DNA of 28,089 nucleotides, from the NCBI GenBank assembly GCA_037442105.1, contig JBBIQV010000008.1, forward strand, positions 62,001 through 90,089, given 5' to 3'. The position numbers and the translations under genes are program-made. Shown here piece by piece: positions 27,319 to 28,089 of the stretch (positions are counted from its first letter, which is position 1; each line of letters begins with the position of its first letter). The stretch is from Nitrospiraceae bacterium. Lineage in GTDB: Bacteria; Nitrospirota; Nitrospiria; Nitrospirales; Nitrospiraceae. The notes under the pieces are model-generated. The model worked only from the letters and a program-made list of their open reading frames with translations, was not told where the DNA came from and did no database searches.

Positions 27319-28089
27319 TGTAGATGGCAAGTTAATTTGTCCGGTGTATGTAGCCCATGATCTGTCCGGTTGTTCCGTTCGAATATTTCAGCCGCACGCC
27401 GAAATTGTTTCGCCCACAATGGGCCTAGGATGGACGATCAGCGGGACGGTCTGACCCACGGGTCTGGCCTCGGTGGGCTCGTCCGGTCTCGATCAGCCGG
27501 CCATCCGCGTGATAGCGCGCCAGACACCGGGGACCTTGGCACACCGCCAGGGTCCCATCCGGATACTCGTGCACCCGGACCGTGACCTTCACATCATGGA
27601 AGCGGTGGGGGTCGGGCGGGATCTGCAGACTCCGGCCCTGAGTCCCGCACCGTATTGTCGTTGGCGACCACGCGGTCTTCTTGGACACAGAGCAGATCGG
27701 CGAGGGGCGTGCCGCTCCATGGCACAAAGGCCGTGCCGGCTTCGGCGGCCGGCACCGCAAAGCGCCGGTTGTAGGCCGGGGGAAACTGCGTGGCCAGATA
27801 CTGGTTGGCCGCGGTCATGTCGGTGATCCCGGCGAGCGCCAACTCTTTGGGCAGCCGATCCTGCAAGGTGCGAAAGACGCGCGCCGACCGGCCCCGCGCT
27901 TCCGGCGAATAGGCGGGAATCAGCGTGATCCCCAGTTGCTGCAAGGCGCGATGGACCTGTGTCAGCCGAGGCTGATCGACCTTGCCTCCGGCCTCGTCGG
28001 TGTACCACTAATGCGAGCCCCGATCCGTAGAGAGGGAACTGAAGAGCCCCTTCGTCTCGATGACTTCCCGCAGGCCCCGAACGCGGCTC
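27319..28089 (-). mobile_element. Right end of an IS1202/ISNCY-like insertion sequence (continues beyond the window)
   Basis: The end reads TGTAGATGGCAAGTTAATTTGTCCGGT...TGTCCGGT, with a terminal TGT and two TGTCCGGT motifs 25 bp apart (27338, 27363), downstream of a DDE transposase remnant. Confidence 0.75.
27425..28089 (-). pseudogene. Degraded DDE transposase (ISNCY/IS1202-like, integrase core)
   Basis: TDRGSH*W..AGGKVD, LGITLIPAYSPEARGRS(A)R..RTLQDRLPKEL, NDNTV, VRVHEYPDG; in-frame TAG at 28008-28010 and a frameshift near 27641. Confidence 0.88.

Overview
About 27 kb of this window is one + strand flagellar gene cluster from a GC-rich diderm bacterium; gene order and protein style suggest Nitrospira/Nitrospirota (inference). 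Order: 5'-truncated MotE/FlbB-like gene, fliK, flgD, flgE, fliLMNOPQR, flhBAFG, fliA, a membrane-anchored degenerate GGDEF gene, flgFGAHIJMNKL, csrA, fliW. The window ends in the right end of a decayed IS1202/ISNCY-like insertion sequence on the - strand. Sigma54 promoters precede fliL and flgF, with variants before fliK and the GGDEF gene. Sigma28 promoters precede flgM (inside flgJ) and csrA-fliW. The most notable observations are: (1) a GGDEF protein with a degenerate active site (AQDQF) and an intact RxxD I-site, a candidate flagellar c-di-GMP receptor; (2) an extra module shared by FlgE, FlgK and FlgL, plus nested domain insertions in FlgK and FlgL; (3) heptamer-repeat hairpins at gene junctions, one enclosing the flgI start and encoding its signal peptide; (4) a transposase whose lesions appear to be mostly A:T to C:G transversions. 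All calls come from reading the sequence; no searches were run.
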